Position numbers and translations under genes: made by a program
From: Phycisphaerales bacterium
Lineage (GTDB): Bacteria > Planctomycetota > Phycisphaerae > Phycisphaerales > UBA1924
NCBI GenBank assembly: GCA_020831775.1
Contig: JAFIFZ010000031.1
Location: 449 to 64,448 of the forward strand
DNA length: 64,000 bases
Reading direction: 5' to 3'
Notes under the pieces: model-generated
Told to the model about the DNA's origin: nothing
The model's input: the letters and a program-made list of their open reading frames with translations, nothing else
Database searches by the model: none
Shown here: piece after piece, positions 46,036 through 55,048 of the stretch
How positions within the stretch are numbered: position 1 is the first letter of the stretch
How the letters are laid out: the number at the start of each line of letters is the position of its first letter

Positions 46036-46566
46036 ATGAACGAGAATCTTTCGATCACCGACAAGACCGGGCCCATGGGTGAAAACGGGGGCGAGCACGG
46101 GGGCGACGACCAGCTGCAGCTTGTGACCTTCGAGGTCGCGGGCGAGGAGTTCGCCGTCGATATCCTGGCCGTCCAGGAGATCAACCGGATGATGGCCCTG
46201 ACGCGGGTGCCCCAGTCGCCCCCGGAGGTCGAGGGCGTGATCAATCTCCGCGGGAAGATCATCCCGGTGCTGGACCTGCGCAAGCGGTTCGGCCTGGACG
46301 CCAGCGAGCGCACCGAGCACAACCGGATCGTGGTGGTCGAGGTGCACGGGCGGGTGATCGGATTCATCGTCGACCGCGTGCACGAGGTGCTCCGCATCCC
46401 GTCGAGCATCGTCGAGCCGGCGCCGCAGATGGTCTGCTCGATCAACTCCGAGTTCATCGCGGGCGTCGGCAAGCTCGAGGACCGGCTGCTGATCCTGCTT
46501 GACCTCTCGCGTCTGTTCGACGCCCGGATGGTCGACGAGACCCAGACCTCCAGCGTCGCCGCCTGA
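46036..46566 (+). CDS. cheW: Chemotaxis coupling protein CheW
   Basis: LVTFEVAGEEFAVDILAVQEI...VINLRGKIIPVLDLRKRFG...VVVEVHGRVIGFIVDRVHEV. ATG 46036 has GGAGA upstream. Confidence 0.9.
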   Translation: MNENLSITDKTGPMGENGGEHGGDDQLQLVTFEVAGEEFAVDILAVQEINRMMALTRVPQSPPEVEGVINLRGKIIPVLDLRKRFGLDASERTEHNRIVVVEVHGRVIGFIVDRVHEVLRIPSSIVEPAPQMVCSINSEFIAGVGKLEDRLLILLDLSRLFDARMVDETQTSSVAA

Positions 46567-46604
46567 TCGCCTGCTCTGAAAGCAAAGAAACGGGAACACC
46601 TGCG

Positions 46605-47477
46605 ATGAGCACAACCACGCGCCCTTCGATGACCGAGTCCGAGTTCAAGAGGCTCGCGGACATCATCTACCAACGCTCCGGCATCCACTTCCCGGAGAAC
46701 AAGCGGTATGTGCTCGAATCGCGGCTCGGCCACAGACTGGCCGAACTGGAGATCGACAACTACACGCAGTACATCGCCTTCCTGACGATGGGCCCCTACC
46801 AGAGCGACGAGTTCCAGGAGATGTTCAACCGCATCACCATCAACGAGACCTCGTTCTTCAGGAACGAGCCCCAGCTCGAGGTCTTCGAGAAGCAGGTGCT
46901 CCCGCTGCTGCTCGACGCCAGAGCGCGCACCAAGCGGCTCCGCCTCTGGTCGGCCGCCTGTTCCTCGGGCGAAGAACCCTACACGCTCGCGATCATGCTC
47001 GAACGCACGCTCGGCGTGCGCCTGGGCGACTGGCGGATCGAGATCCTCGCGACCGACATCAGCGCCAAAGTCCTCAAGGCAGCCCAAGAGGGCTTGTACA
47101 CCAACTACGCGCTCCGCTCGACCAACCCGCTCATCCTGCAGCGCTACTTCCAGCCCCTGCCCGCCGGCGCCTACCGCATTCGGCCGGACATCGCCCAGAT
47201 GGTCCGCTTCGAGCAGCACAACCTCAAGGACCGCCTCGCCGCCCGGCGCCACGGCACCTTCGATGTCATCTTCTGCCGCAATGTCATGATCTACTTCGAT
47301 GAGGGCATGAAGAAGCAGGTCTCCCAGATGTTCAGCGAGACCCTCGCCGACGACGGGTACCTCTTCATCGGGCACTCCGAGAGCCTCCGAGGGATCAACG
47401 ACACCCTCGAACCGACGCCTATCCCCCGCGCGTTCTGCTACCGCAAGCGCGGCGCGGAACTCAAGAAGGCCGCCTGA
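46605..47477 (+). CDS. cheR: Chemotaxis protein methyltransferase CheR
   Basis: ITINETSFFRN, LRLWSAACSSGEEPYTLAI, DVIFCRNVMIYFD. Confidence 0.9.
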   Translation: MSTTTRPSMTESEFKRLADIIYQRSGIHFPENKRYVLESRLGHRLAELEIDNYTQYIAFLTMGPYQSDEFQEMFNRITINETSFFRNEPQLEVFEKQVLPLLLDARARTKRLRLWSAACSSGEEPYTLAIMLERTLGVRLGDWRIEILATDISAKVLKAAQEGLYTNYALRSTNPLILQRYFQPLPAGAYRIRPDIAQMVRFEQHNLKDRLAARRHGTFDVIFCRNVMIYFDEGMKKQVSQMFSETLADDGYLFIGHSESLRGINDTLEPTPIPRAFCYRKRGAELKKAA

Positions 47478-47501
47478 CACAACGCCCGAAAGGAATCGCA
47501 T

Positions 47502-49778
47502 ATGAGCGCGGGGGGCTTCGATCCTCAGATCATCCAGGACTTTCTGACCGAGTGCGGCGAGCTGCTCGAAGGTCTGGAAGGCGACCTGGTCTCGCTGGAG
47601 AGCAGCCCGACCGACCCGGACCTGCTCAACCAGATCTTCCGCGCGCTGCACACCGTCAAGGGCAGCGCCTCCTTCCTCGCGCTGACCAATCTTGTCGCGA
47701 TCGCCCACGCCGCAGAGACCGCGCTCAACGCTGCGCGGACCGGAAGAGCCGTCGTCGACCGCCCGTGCATGAACATGCTGCTGCAGACGGTCGACCTGCT
47801 CGCCCGTCAGTTCCAGCAGCTCTCCGCCGGCGAAGACCTCGAAGCCCCGGACCCGGACCTCGTCGAGGGCCTCACCGCCTTCGGTGAGGGGCGCGAGGCC
47901 GGCGCCGCCGACACCGAAACCCCGGCGCAAGAAGCGTCCGGGGCTCCCCCCGTCGGACCCCTCGGCGCCGCAACTACCCCGATCGACCTGCCCGCCGACA
48001 AGATGGCGCTCGTCGAATTCCTCGCGCCCGACATCCGCCAGACGCTCGACACCATCAATGACAGCCTCGTTCCGCTGGCGAATCCCGAGTCACGCCGCGA
48101 GGCGGGCGAGGCGCTCGCGGCGGCATCCGATGACCTTGTCCGATCGGTCGACTTCTTCGAGTTCGAGCCGGTGACGCGGCTCTCGACCGCCCTGCGCGAC
48201 GCGGCCGCCCACCTCGAAGACGCCGACGAGGACGCGATCGCGCAGATCCGTCCGCGCCTGGCCGCCCTCTCGCTCCTGCTCACGCTCCAGGCCGACGGGA
48301 TCGAGCAGGCGACGCTCTACGACTGGCCGACCGACGCGCTCATCGAGCGGCTGACGCTGGTCTGCGCCGGCAAGCCGCTCGACGAGGCGCATTCGCTCCC
48401 GGCCGATACCGATGCCGAAGGCGCCCTCGCCTTCGACGGCGTGCTCTCTGACCAGCCCGAACTGGCCGGCTCGCCCGAGCTCAAGCTCGCCGACGCCGCG
48501 GACGCCTTGAGCGCAGCGGCGCCTGGCGATGACCCCGGCGCCAAGCGACCGGGCGCCAAGCAGGTCATCGAGCAGACCATCCGCGTGGAAGTCGGGCGGC
48601 TGGAGTCGCTGATGAACCTCGTCGGCGAGCTGGTGCTGCAGAAGAACCGCGTCGCCGCCCTTGCCCGGCGTGTCGGCGCGGCCCAGAAGGGCGACACCGA
48701 CCTCTGCGAGCAGATCAACGCCTCCGCCGAGGATCTCGACCGCGTCACCGGCGACCTGCAGCTCGCGGTGATGCGCACACGCATGCAGCCCTTGGACAAG
48801 ATCTTCGGGCGCTACCCGCGCCTCATCCGCGACCTGGCCGACAAGACCGAAAAGAAGATCAACCTGAAGATCATCGGGGGCGACACCGAGGTCGACAAGT
48901 CCGTCATCGAGGCCCTGGGCGACCCGCTCGTCCACCTGATGCGCAACAGCGCCGACCACGGGCTCGAGACGCCCGACCAGCGCGGCGCCACCGGCAAGAG
49001 CCCCGAAGGCACCATCGTGCTCGAGGCCAGCAACCAGGGCAGCCATGTGCGGATCTTCGTCAGAGACGACGGACGCGGGCTGGACCGCGCTCGCATCGCC
49101 TCAAAGGCCGTCGAGCGCGGCCTGGCGACACGCGAGGAGGTCGACGCCCTGCCCGACCGCGATGTCTTCCGCTTCATCTTTGAAGCAGGATTCTCGACGG
49201 TCGAACAGGTCTCGGACCTCTCGGGGCGCGGCGTCGGCATGGATGTCGTCCGCACGAACATCGGCAAACTCAACGGGACCATCGATGTAAGCTCGACGCC
49301 CGGCCAAGGCACGACCTTCACGATCTCGATCCCGCTGACCGTCGCGATCATGCAGGCGATGATGGTCCGCGTCGCCGACGAGATCTACGCGATCCCGCTG
49401 GACAATGTCGTCGAGATCCTCAGGCCGTCCGACGAGATGGTCTACTCGATCGGCGACAGCCCTGTGCTCAAGACGCGGGGCTCGGTGCTCCCCCTGATCT
49501 CGGCGTTCGACGCCTTCGAGTACCCGCCCGAGCGCCGGACCGAGACGCCCTTCGTCGTGATCCTCTCAGTCAACGAACGCCAGATCGGGCTGCAGGTCTC
49601 CGAGCTTATCGGGCAGCAGGAGATCGTGATCAAGCCCCTCGAAGCCGTGGGACGCGCCGGACCGCTCAGCGGGGCGACCGTGCGGGACGACGGCGGCGTG
49701 AGCCTCATCATCGATGCGTCCGGACTGATCCGCGCCGCCGAAGGTAGGAAGGCACCCGAGCTTCAGCGGGCGGCCTGA
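47502..49778 (+). CDS. cheA: Chemotaxis histidine kinase CheA
   Basis: An HPt domain with FRALHTVKGSA, a dimerisation domain, the HATPase domain (HLMRNSADHGLE, DDGRGLD, GRGVGMDVV, GQGTTF) and a C-terminal CheW-like domain. Confidence 0.95.
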   Translation: MSAGGFDPQIIQDFLTECGELLEGLEGDLVSLESSPTDPDLLNQIFRALHTVKGSASFLALTNLVAIAHAAETALNAARTGRAVVDRPCMNMLLQTVDLLARQFQQLSAGEDLEAPDPDLVEGLTAFGEGREAGAADTETPAQEASGAPPVGPLGAATTPIDLPADKMALVEFLAPDIRQTLDTINDSLVPLANPESRREAGEALAAASDDLVRSVDFFEFEPVTRLSTALRDAAAHLEDADEDAIAQIRPRLAALSLLLTLQADGIEQATLYDWPTDALIERLTLVCAGKPLDEAHSLPADTDAEGALAFDGVLSDQPELAGSPELKLADAADALSAAAPGDDPGAKRPGAKQVIEQTIRVEVGRLESLMNLVGELVLQKNRVAALARRVGAAQKGDTDLCEQINASAEDLDRVTGDLQLAVMRTRMQPLDKIFGRYPRLIRDLADKTEKKINLKIIGGDTEVDKSVIEALGDPLVHLMRNSADHGLETPDQRGATGKSPEGTIVLEASNQGSHVRIFVRDDGRGLDRARIASKAVERGLATREEVDALPDRDVFRFIFEAGFSTVEQVSDLSGRGVGMDVVRTNIGKLNGTIDVSSTPGQGTTFTISIPLTVAIMQAMMVRVADEIYAIPLDNVVEILRPSDEMVYSIGDSPVLKTRGSVLPLISAFDAFEYPPERRTETPFVVILSVNERQIGLQVSELIGQQEIVIKPLEAVGRAGPLSGATVRDDGGVSLIIDASGLIRAAEGRKAPELQRAA

Positions 49779-49835
49779 ACGGACGAAAAAAGAAACACCC
49801 CCGATTGCGCCCCCACCCTTAGGAAGGGACCAGAC

Positions 49836-50330
49836 ATGGAAGCCAGGTTCATCACCCCGTTCATCCAGAGCGTCCAGAATGTCTTCTCGACGATGCTGCA
49901 GCTGCCGATGCAGATCGGCGAGCCCCGCGTCAAGGCGGGCAAGAACACCGGTTACGATGTCTCGGGCATTATCGGGATGTCGGGCGATGTGGTCGGGTCG
50001 GTCGTGCTGTCGTTCCCCGACGATGCGGCCAAGCGCGTCGTCGCCCTGTTCGCGGGCGAGGAGCTGGGCACCGACTCTCCGGACTTCGCCGACGCCATCG
50101 GCGAGCTGGTGAACATGGTCGCCGGCGGCGCCAAGGCCAACTTCGACGGCGCCAAGGTGTCGATCTCCTGCCCCTCGGTCGTTGTCGGCTCGGGCCACCT
50201 GATCGCCAACACCTCGGATGTCCCCGTCATCGAGATCCCCTGCATGACCGACTGCGGGGAGGTCGCCATCCAGATCGCCATCAAGACTAACGCCAACGCC
50301 CCGACACAGGCGGCGTCCGCCAGCGCGTGA
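49836..50330 (+). CDS. cheX: CheX-family chemotaxis phosphatase
   Basis: FITPFIQSVQNVFSTMLQ...DVSGIIGMSGDVVGSVVLSF...AIGELVNMVAGGAK, including the conserved E..N.(V/I).G motif. Confidence 0.8.
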   Translation: MEARFITPFIQSVQNVFSTMLQLPMQIGEPRVKAGKNTGYDVSGIIGMSGDVVGSVVLSFPDDAAKRVVALFAGEELGTDSPDFADAIGELVNMVAGGAKANFDGAKVSISCPSVVVGSGHLIANTSDVPVIEIPCMTDCGEVAIQIAIKTNANAPTQAASASA

Positions 50331-50355
50331 GCGCAGCACACAGGGAGGTTTAGCC

Positions 50356-50730
50356 ATGCGCATCATGCTCGTCGACGACTCCAAGACCATGCGGAACATC
50401 CAGAAGTCCGTCCTCACCCAGCTCGGGTACACCGAGCTCGAAGAGGCCTGCGACGGGCAGGACGCCTTGTCCAAGGTCGGCGCCTTCAAGCCCGACCTCC
50501 TCCTCGTCGACTGGAACATGCCCAACATGGACGGGCTCTCGTTCGTCAAGGCCTACAGGGCCCAGGACAAGAACACGCCCATCATCATGGTCACCACCGA
50601 GGCCGAGAAGGCACGCGTGATCGAGGCCATCAAGGCCGGCGTCAACAACTATGTTGTCAAGCCCTTCACGCCCGACCTCCTCTCGCAGCGGATCGCAGAA
50701 ACACTCTCAAAGGCCGGCATCGCGGCCTGA
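50356..50730 (+). CDS. cheY: Chemotaxis response regulator CheY
   Basis: A 124 aa single receiver domain: MRIMLVDDSKTMR, DLLLVDWNMPNMDG, TTEA, YVVKPF. Confidence 0.9.
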   Translation: MRIMLVDDSKTMRNIQKSVLTQLGYTELEEACDGQDALSKVGAFKPDLLLVDWNMPNMDGLSFVKAYRAQDKNTPIIMVTTEAEKARVIEAIKAGVNNYVVKPFTPDLLSQRIAETLSKAGIAA

Positions 50731-50749
50731 CCGCGATGCCTGAGTAGGC

Positions 50750-52288
50750 ATGCCCGAACAGGATGCCTCCAACAAGATCCGGGTCTTGCAGGCGGGAGAC
50801 CGCCTGACGGCGTCGGTGCGCATCTCCGCCGGGGCCGACCCAGACGCGCTCGATCGCGCCGGCGTCCACGCCGCGCTCGTCGAGGCGGGCGTCTGCCCCC
50901 AGACCATCGACAACGCCGCGATCGACGCCCTCCTGCTCGGCGTCCGCCAGGCGCCCGACAAAGACCACGAGGGCGTCGTCGCCAAGGGCAAGCCTGTCGA
51001 GCACGGCTCCGACGCCAGGGTCGTCATCGACCCCGAGATCCAGGAAAGGCTCGACGAGGCGAAGCGCAAGCAGGAAGCGCCGCCCGAGCCGCCCTCCGGC
51101 GCAGAAGACGGCAACGCGGACCACTACAACCGCTCCGCATTCGTCGTCGTCCTCGCCGCCCAGCGCATCGGCAGGCTCATGCCCAAGACCGATGGCACCG
51201 ACGGCGTCGATGTCACCGGACGCGTGATCGCCGCCAAGGAAGGCAAGAAGGCCCGCGTCAAGCTCGACCGCTCCGTCCGCATCAACGAGCAGGGCGTCAT
51301 CTCCGCGTCCCACAGCGGGCACCTGATGGCCGGCCCCGTCGAGATCCGCGTCGAGCGCGAGCTGAACATCTCCGGGGGCGTCGATTTCTCCACGGGCAAC
51401 ATCGACTTCCCCGGCAATGTCAATGTCTCCAAGGGCGTCAAGGACCGGTTCACCGTCCGATGCAAGGGCTCGCTGACCGTCGGCGAACTCGTCGAGGCCG
51501 CGACCCTCGACGCCCGCTTCGACATCACGCTGGCCAGAGGCGTGGCCGGACGCGAGAAGGGCGTCATCCGCGCAGGCAGAGACCTGCACGCAAAGTACAT
51601 CGACGCCACACTCGTCTTCGTCGGCAGAAACTTCACCGCCGAGAGAGAGATCAACGACGCCACGGTTCGCGTCGGCGGCAAGCTCACTGCCCCCGCCGCC
51701 GTCATCATCGGGGGCGAGGTCGGCCTCGGCGGCTCGGGCGAGTGCGCCCAGATCGGCGCCGAATCGGAGCTCACCACCACCGTCCGTCTCGGCGTGCTCG
51801 ACGAACTCGAACGCCTCGCCGGCGCCGGGCTGGATCGGTACGAGGCGCTCGTTGAGAAACGAGACGCCTCCAAGACACGCTACGAGACCCTCAAGAAGGC
51901 GGGCGGCGCCAAGCCCAGCGGCTCGCTCGCCGAAGAGCTCACCGAGCTCCAGTTCGCCGTCCAGACCTGCGAGCAGGCCATCTCGCGGCTCATGCAGGGG
52001 CTGGGCGAGACCGCCGACACCATGGAGCGGTTCATAGAGCCCTCGATCACCGTCCACAGGATCATCCACCGGGGGACGGTCATCCTCATCGGCCCCTACC
52101 GCTGCCTCTTCAAGAGCGCCGTCAAGGGTCCGGTGACCGTCCGCACCGACGACAAGGGCGTCCCCGTCCTGGAGGACCTCACCTCCGGGTCGGTCACCCC
52201 TCTGGAAAAGATCGCCACCGTCACCAGAGAGGACGATCGCTGGGTCCTTCAGCGGATCCGCACGCTCATCCCCGCAAAAGCCGCCTGA
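50750..52288 (+). CDS. DUF342 / FapA-family protein
   Basis: Beta-helix-like repeats (ISGGVDFSTGNIDFPGNVNVSKGVKDRFTVRCKGSLTV; IRAGRDLHAKYIDATLVFVGRNFTAEREINDATVRVGGKLTA), followed by a coiled coil. This is as seen in FapA-like proteins encoded next to che genes. Confidence 0.75.
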   Translation: MPEQDASNKIRVLQAGDRLTASVRISAGADPDALDRAGVHAALVEAGVCPQTIDNAAIDALLLGVRQAPDKDHEGVVAKGKPVEHGSDARVVIDPEIQERLDEAKRKQEAPPEPPSGAEDGNADHYNRSAFVVVLAAQRIGRLMPKTDGTDGVDVTGRVIAAKEGKKARVKLDRSVRINEQGVISASHSGHLMAGPVEIRVERELNISGGVDFSTGNIDFPGNVNVSKGVKDRFTVRCKGSLTVGELVEAATLDARFDITLARGVAGREKGVIRAGRDLHAKYIDATLVFVGRNFTAEREINDATVRVGGKLTAPAAVIIGGEVGLGGSGECAQIGAESELTTTVRLGVLDELERLAGAGLDRYEALVEKRDASKTRYETLKKAGGAKPSGSLAEELTELQFAVQTCEQAISRLMQGLGETADTMERFIEPSITVHRIIHRGTVILIGPYRCLFKSAVKGPVTVRTDDKGVPVLEDLTSGSVTPLEKIATVTREDDRWVLQRIRTLIPAKAA

Positions 52289-52331
52289 CCCCCGACTGGC
52301 GTTTCCGCCTCGGCGTGCGCACAATGCACGC

Positions 52332-53669
52332 ATGAGCAACCCCCGCCCACCCCGCCGATCCCTCCGGACGGCACGCTGCGTCCTCTGCGTGCTGGCCGCC
52401 TCGGCGGGCGCCGTTCTCGTGGGGGCCGCCGTCCTCCAGAATCTCGCCCCGACCGGGCAAGATCGCTGGCTCACCCCTGTCGCTTTCGATCCCCAGCGAG
52501 AAGACCCCGGCGACGAAGAACGACGCGAGTGCATCGTCACCTTCCGCGACGGGACCACCGTCCGGGGCGAACTCGTCCACCGCGACAACGCCGAGGTCGT
52601 CCTCCGCATCCGCGGGGTGAGCACCACCTACCCGGCGACCCGGGTCCGCTCGATCCAGTTCCTCGACCCGATCATGGAGCGGTACCGCGAGATGCGGGCC
52701 GCCATCGACGACTACGAGGTGGACCAGCTCGTCGTCCTCATCGACTGGCTGACCGCCAACGGGGCCCACACCACCGCCCTTGAGGAGGCCGAGGCCCTCC
52801 TCAGACGCGTCCCGGGCCAGCCCGAGGTCATCCAGCGCCTCCCCCTGCTGCGGGCCCAGGCCAGGCTCGCCGAGAGCCGGCGCGAGGAGCGCCATCGCGA
52901 GCGGGAGGACGAGAATGACCGCCCGACCAACCGACGCGATCGCAACGGCTTCCCCCTCCTCTCTTCTGAGCAGATCAACCTCCTGAAGGTTTACGAGATC
53001 GATCTGGCCGACCCGCCCCGCATCCGCATCAAGCGAGAGACCGTCAAACGCCTCATCGAGAACTACTCCGACGCCCGGGGCATGCCCACCACCCCCGAAG
53101 CCCTCCAGGCCCTGTATCGAACCAGGCCAGAACGGGTGCTCGAACTCATGTTCCGCGTCCAGGCCCGCGACCTGTACGCCGAAGTCGAGGTCGTCGGCGA
53201 CCCCGAGGCCTTCCAACGCTTCAGGCGCGATGTCCACGCCGCATGGCTCTTCAGGGGCTGCGCCACCAACGACTGCCACGGCGGGCAGGAGGCCGGACGC
53301 TTGATGCTCCGTGGCCAGCACCCCAACCGCGACGAGACCGTTTACACCAACTTCTTCATCGTCGAAAACTTCCGGTTCGAGGACGGCGAGCCCCTGATCG
53401 ACTACGAGCAGCCCGAGCAGTCCCGCCTGCTGCAGCTCGCCCTGCCGCGCGAGACCTCCAAGTTCCCCCACCCGCGGATCATCGAGCTCGACCGCGAGCG
53501 TCCCTGGCGCCCGCTGCTCCGCTCGCCCGAGGACCCCCGCTTCCGTGACAGCGTCCGCTGGATCAACAGCATGTACCGGCCCCGCCCGGACTACCCGATC
53601 ACCTACGAGTTGCCCAAGCCGGAGCACGACCTGTACACCCCGCCCGACGAGCCGCCCGGCCCGCGCTGA
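52332..53669 (+). CDS. Hypothetical exported/anchored protein with a planctomycete-cytochrome-like C-x4-CH motif
   Basis: N-terminal anchor or signal (CVLCVLAASAGAVLVGAAVL). The central motif is WLFRGCATNDCHGGQEAGRLML, resembling PSCyt-type motifs of Planctomycetota. Nothing else was recognised. Confidence 0.55.
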   Translation: MSNPRPPRRSLRTARCVLCVLAASAGAVLVGAAVLQNLAPTGQDRWLTPVAFDPQREDPGDEERRECIVTFRDGTTVRGELVHRDNAEVVLRIRGVSTTYPATRVRSIQFLDPIMERYREMRAAIDDYEVDQLVVLIDWLTANGAHTTALEEAEALLRRVPGQPEVIQRLPLLRAQARLAESRREERHREREDENDRPTNRRDRNGFPLLSSEQINLLKVYEIDLADPPRIRIKRETVKRLIENYSDARGMPTTPEALQALYRTRPERVLELMFRVQARDLYAEVEVVGDPEAFQRFRRDVHAAWLFRGCATNDCHGGQEAGRLMLRGQHPNRDETVYTNFFIVENFRFEDGEPLIDYEQPEQSRLLQLALPRETSKFPHPRIIELDRERPWRPLLRSPEDPRFRDSVRWINSMYRPRPDYPITYELPKPEHDLYTPPDEPPGPR

Positions 53670-53730
53670 AATCGGGCCTCCCGATCCTCCAAACAGCCGG
53701 GCGAACCCCCAGCGATCCGGAGGACCACCG

Positions 53731-54840
53731 ATGACCGACACACGCCCAGCAAACCGACGCCGCGTCGCCGCGGCGTTCGGCGCCGTCGCCTTGCTCCTCG
53801 CCCAGGGCCCGGCCCTGAGCCAGACGCCCGAAGAAGCCGCAGCGAAAAAGGCCGAGCCACGGGCTGTTGAACTCACATTCACCGGGGCCGGGGGCATCGA
53901 GCTCCCCGGCACGCTCGTGCTCCCTGCGGGCGAGGGCGGGCCGTTCCCGGGCGTGCTCCTTCTGCCGGGCTCGGGGCCGACCGACCGCGACGGCAACCAG
54001 CCCCCGATGCTCAAGACCGACCTGCTCCGCCAGATCGCCGACGATCTGGCCTCGCGGGGTGTCGCCTCGTTCCGCTTCGACAAGCGGGCCGCCCACGCCA
54101 ACGCGGGGCTCTGGCCCCGCACGCCCGACGAGGTCGCCGCGTTTTTCGCCTGGGACCACTTCGTGCAGGACGCCGAGGCCGCCCTCAAAGCCCTCCGGGC
54201 CCGGGACGGGATCGACGCCTCCCGCGTCGCGGTCCTCGGCCACAGCGAGGGGGGGCTGATCGCCCTGGCGCTCGCCGATCGGATGGGCGAGCAGGCCCCG
54301 CCCGCGCTCGTACTCGCGGGGACCACGGGTAGACGCCTCGACCATGTGCTCCGGGACCAGTTCGACCGCCTGCTGCCCCAGCAGGTGCCCGATGCGGCGC
54401 TGCGAGAGACCATCCGCAAGGACCTCGACCGGGCGATCGACTCGATCCGGGCCGACCGGACGGCGCCCGACGACCTGCACCCGGCCCTCGCCTCGCTCTT
54501 CAATCCGTCGAGCCTCGATGTGCTCCACGCGTACTTCACGGTCGAGCCGGCCGAGCTCGCTTCGGGCTACAAGGGCCCGGTTCTGGTGGTGCAGGGCGAG
54601 CACGACGCCCAGGTCACCGTCGACGACGATCTGCCCCCGCTGAAGGCCGCGCTCATCGGCCGGCCGGGCGTGCCGACCCGGATCCAACTCATCGAGGGCG
54701 CGAGCCACAATTTCAAGAGGGTCGGCTCTCCGAACGAGCCGGGCTTTGACGGCCCGGTCGCCCCCGAGGCGCTCGGGGCGATCGGGGACTGGCTTTTGAA
54801 GACCTTGGTGAGTTCGCCCGCCAAGACCGACAGCGACTGA
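53731..54840 (+). CDS. Secreted alpha/beta-fold hydrolase
   Basis: Signal peptide (VAAAFGAVALLLAQGPALSQ), PGSGPTDRDGN, nucleophile elbow GHSEGG, and VVQGEHDAQV...ASHNF. ATG 53731 has GGAGGA upstream. Confidence 0.8.
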   Translation: MTDTRPANRRRVAAAFGAVALLLAQGPALSQTPEEAAAKKAEPRAVELTFTGAGGIELPGTLVLPAGEGGPFPGVLLLPGSGPTDRDGNQPPMLKTDLLRQIADDLASRGVASFRFDKRAAHANAGLWPRTPDEVAAFFAWDHFVQDAEAALKALRARDGIDASRVAVLGHSEGGLIALALADRMGEQAPPALVLAGTTGRRLDHVLRDQFDRLLPQQVPDAALRETIRKDLDRAIDSIRADRTAPDDLHPALASLFNPSSLDVLHAYFTVEPAELASGYKGPVLVVQGEHDAQVTVDDDLPPLKAALIGRPGVPTRIQLIEGASHNFKRVGSPNEPGFDGPVAPEALGAIGDWLLKTLVSSPAKTDSD

Positions 54841-55048
54841 CCCAACACCCGTCCATACGCCAATCAAGCCTCCTTCTGCGTCCCTGCTGCAACCGTTCTC
54901 CCGGCCGCTGCGGATCGTGTTGTGTCCGGCGCATGGGGCGGCGGGCGGCCTTGGTGCCGCGCCCCGGCGATTTGTGCTACAGTCGCGATCCCGGCGCCCG
55001 GACTGCGCCGTCAAAGCTGCAATGTGCCCGCACGCGGAGACCCCGACG

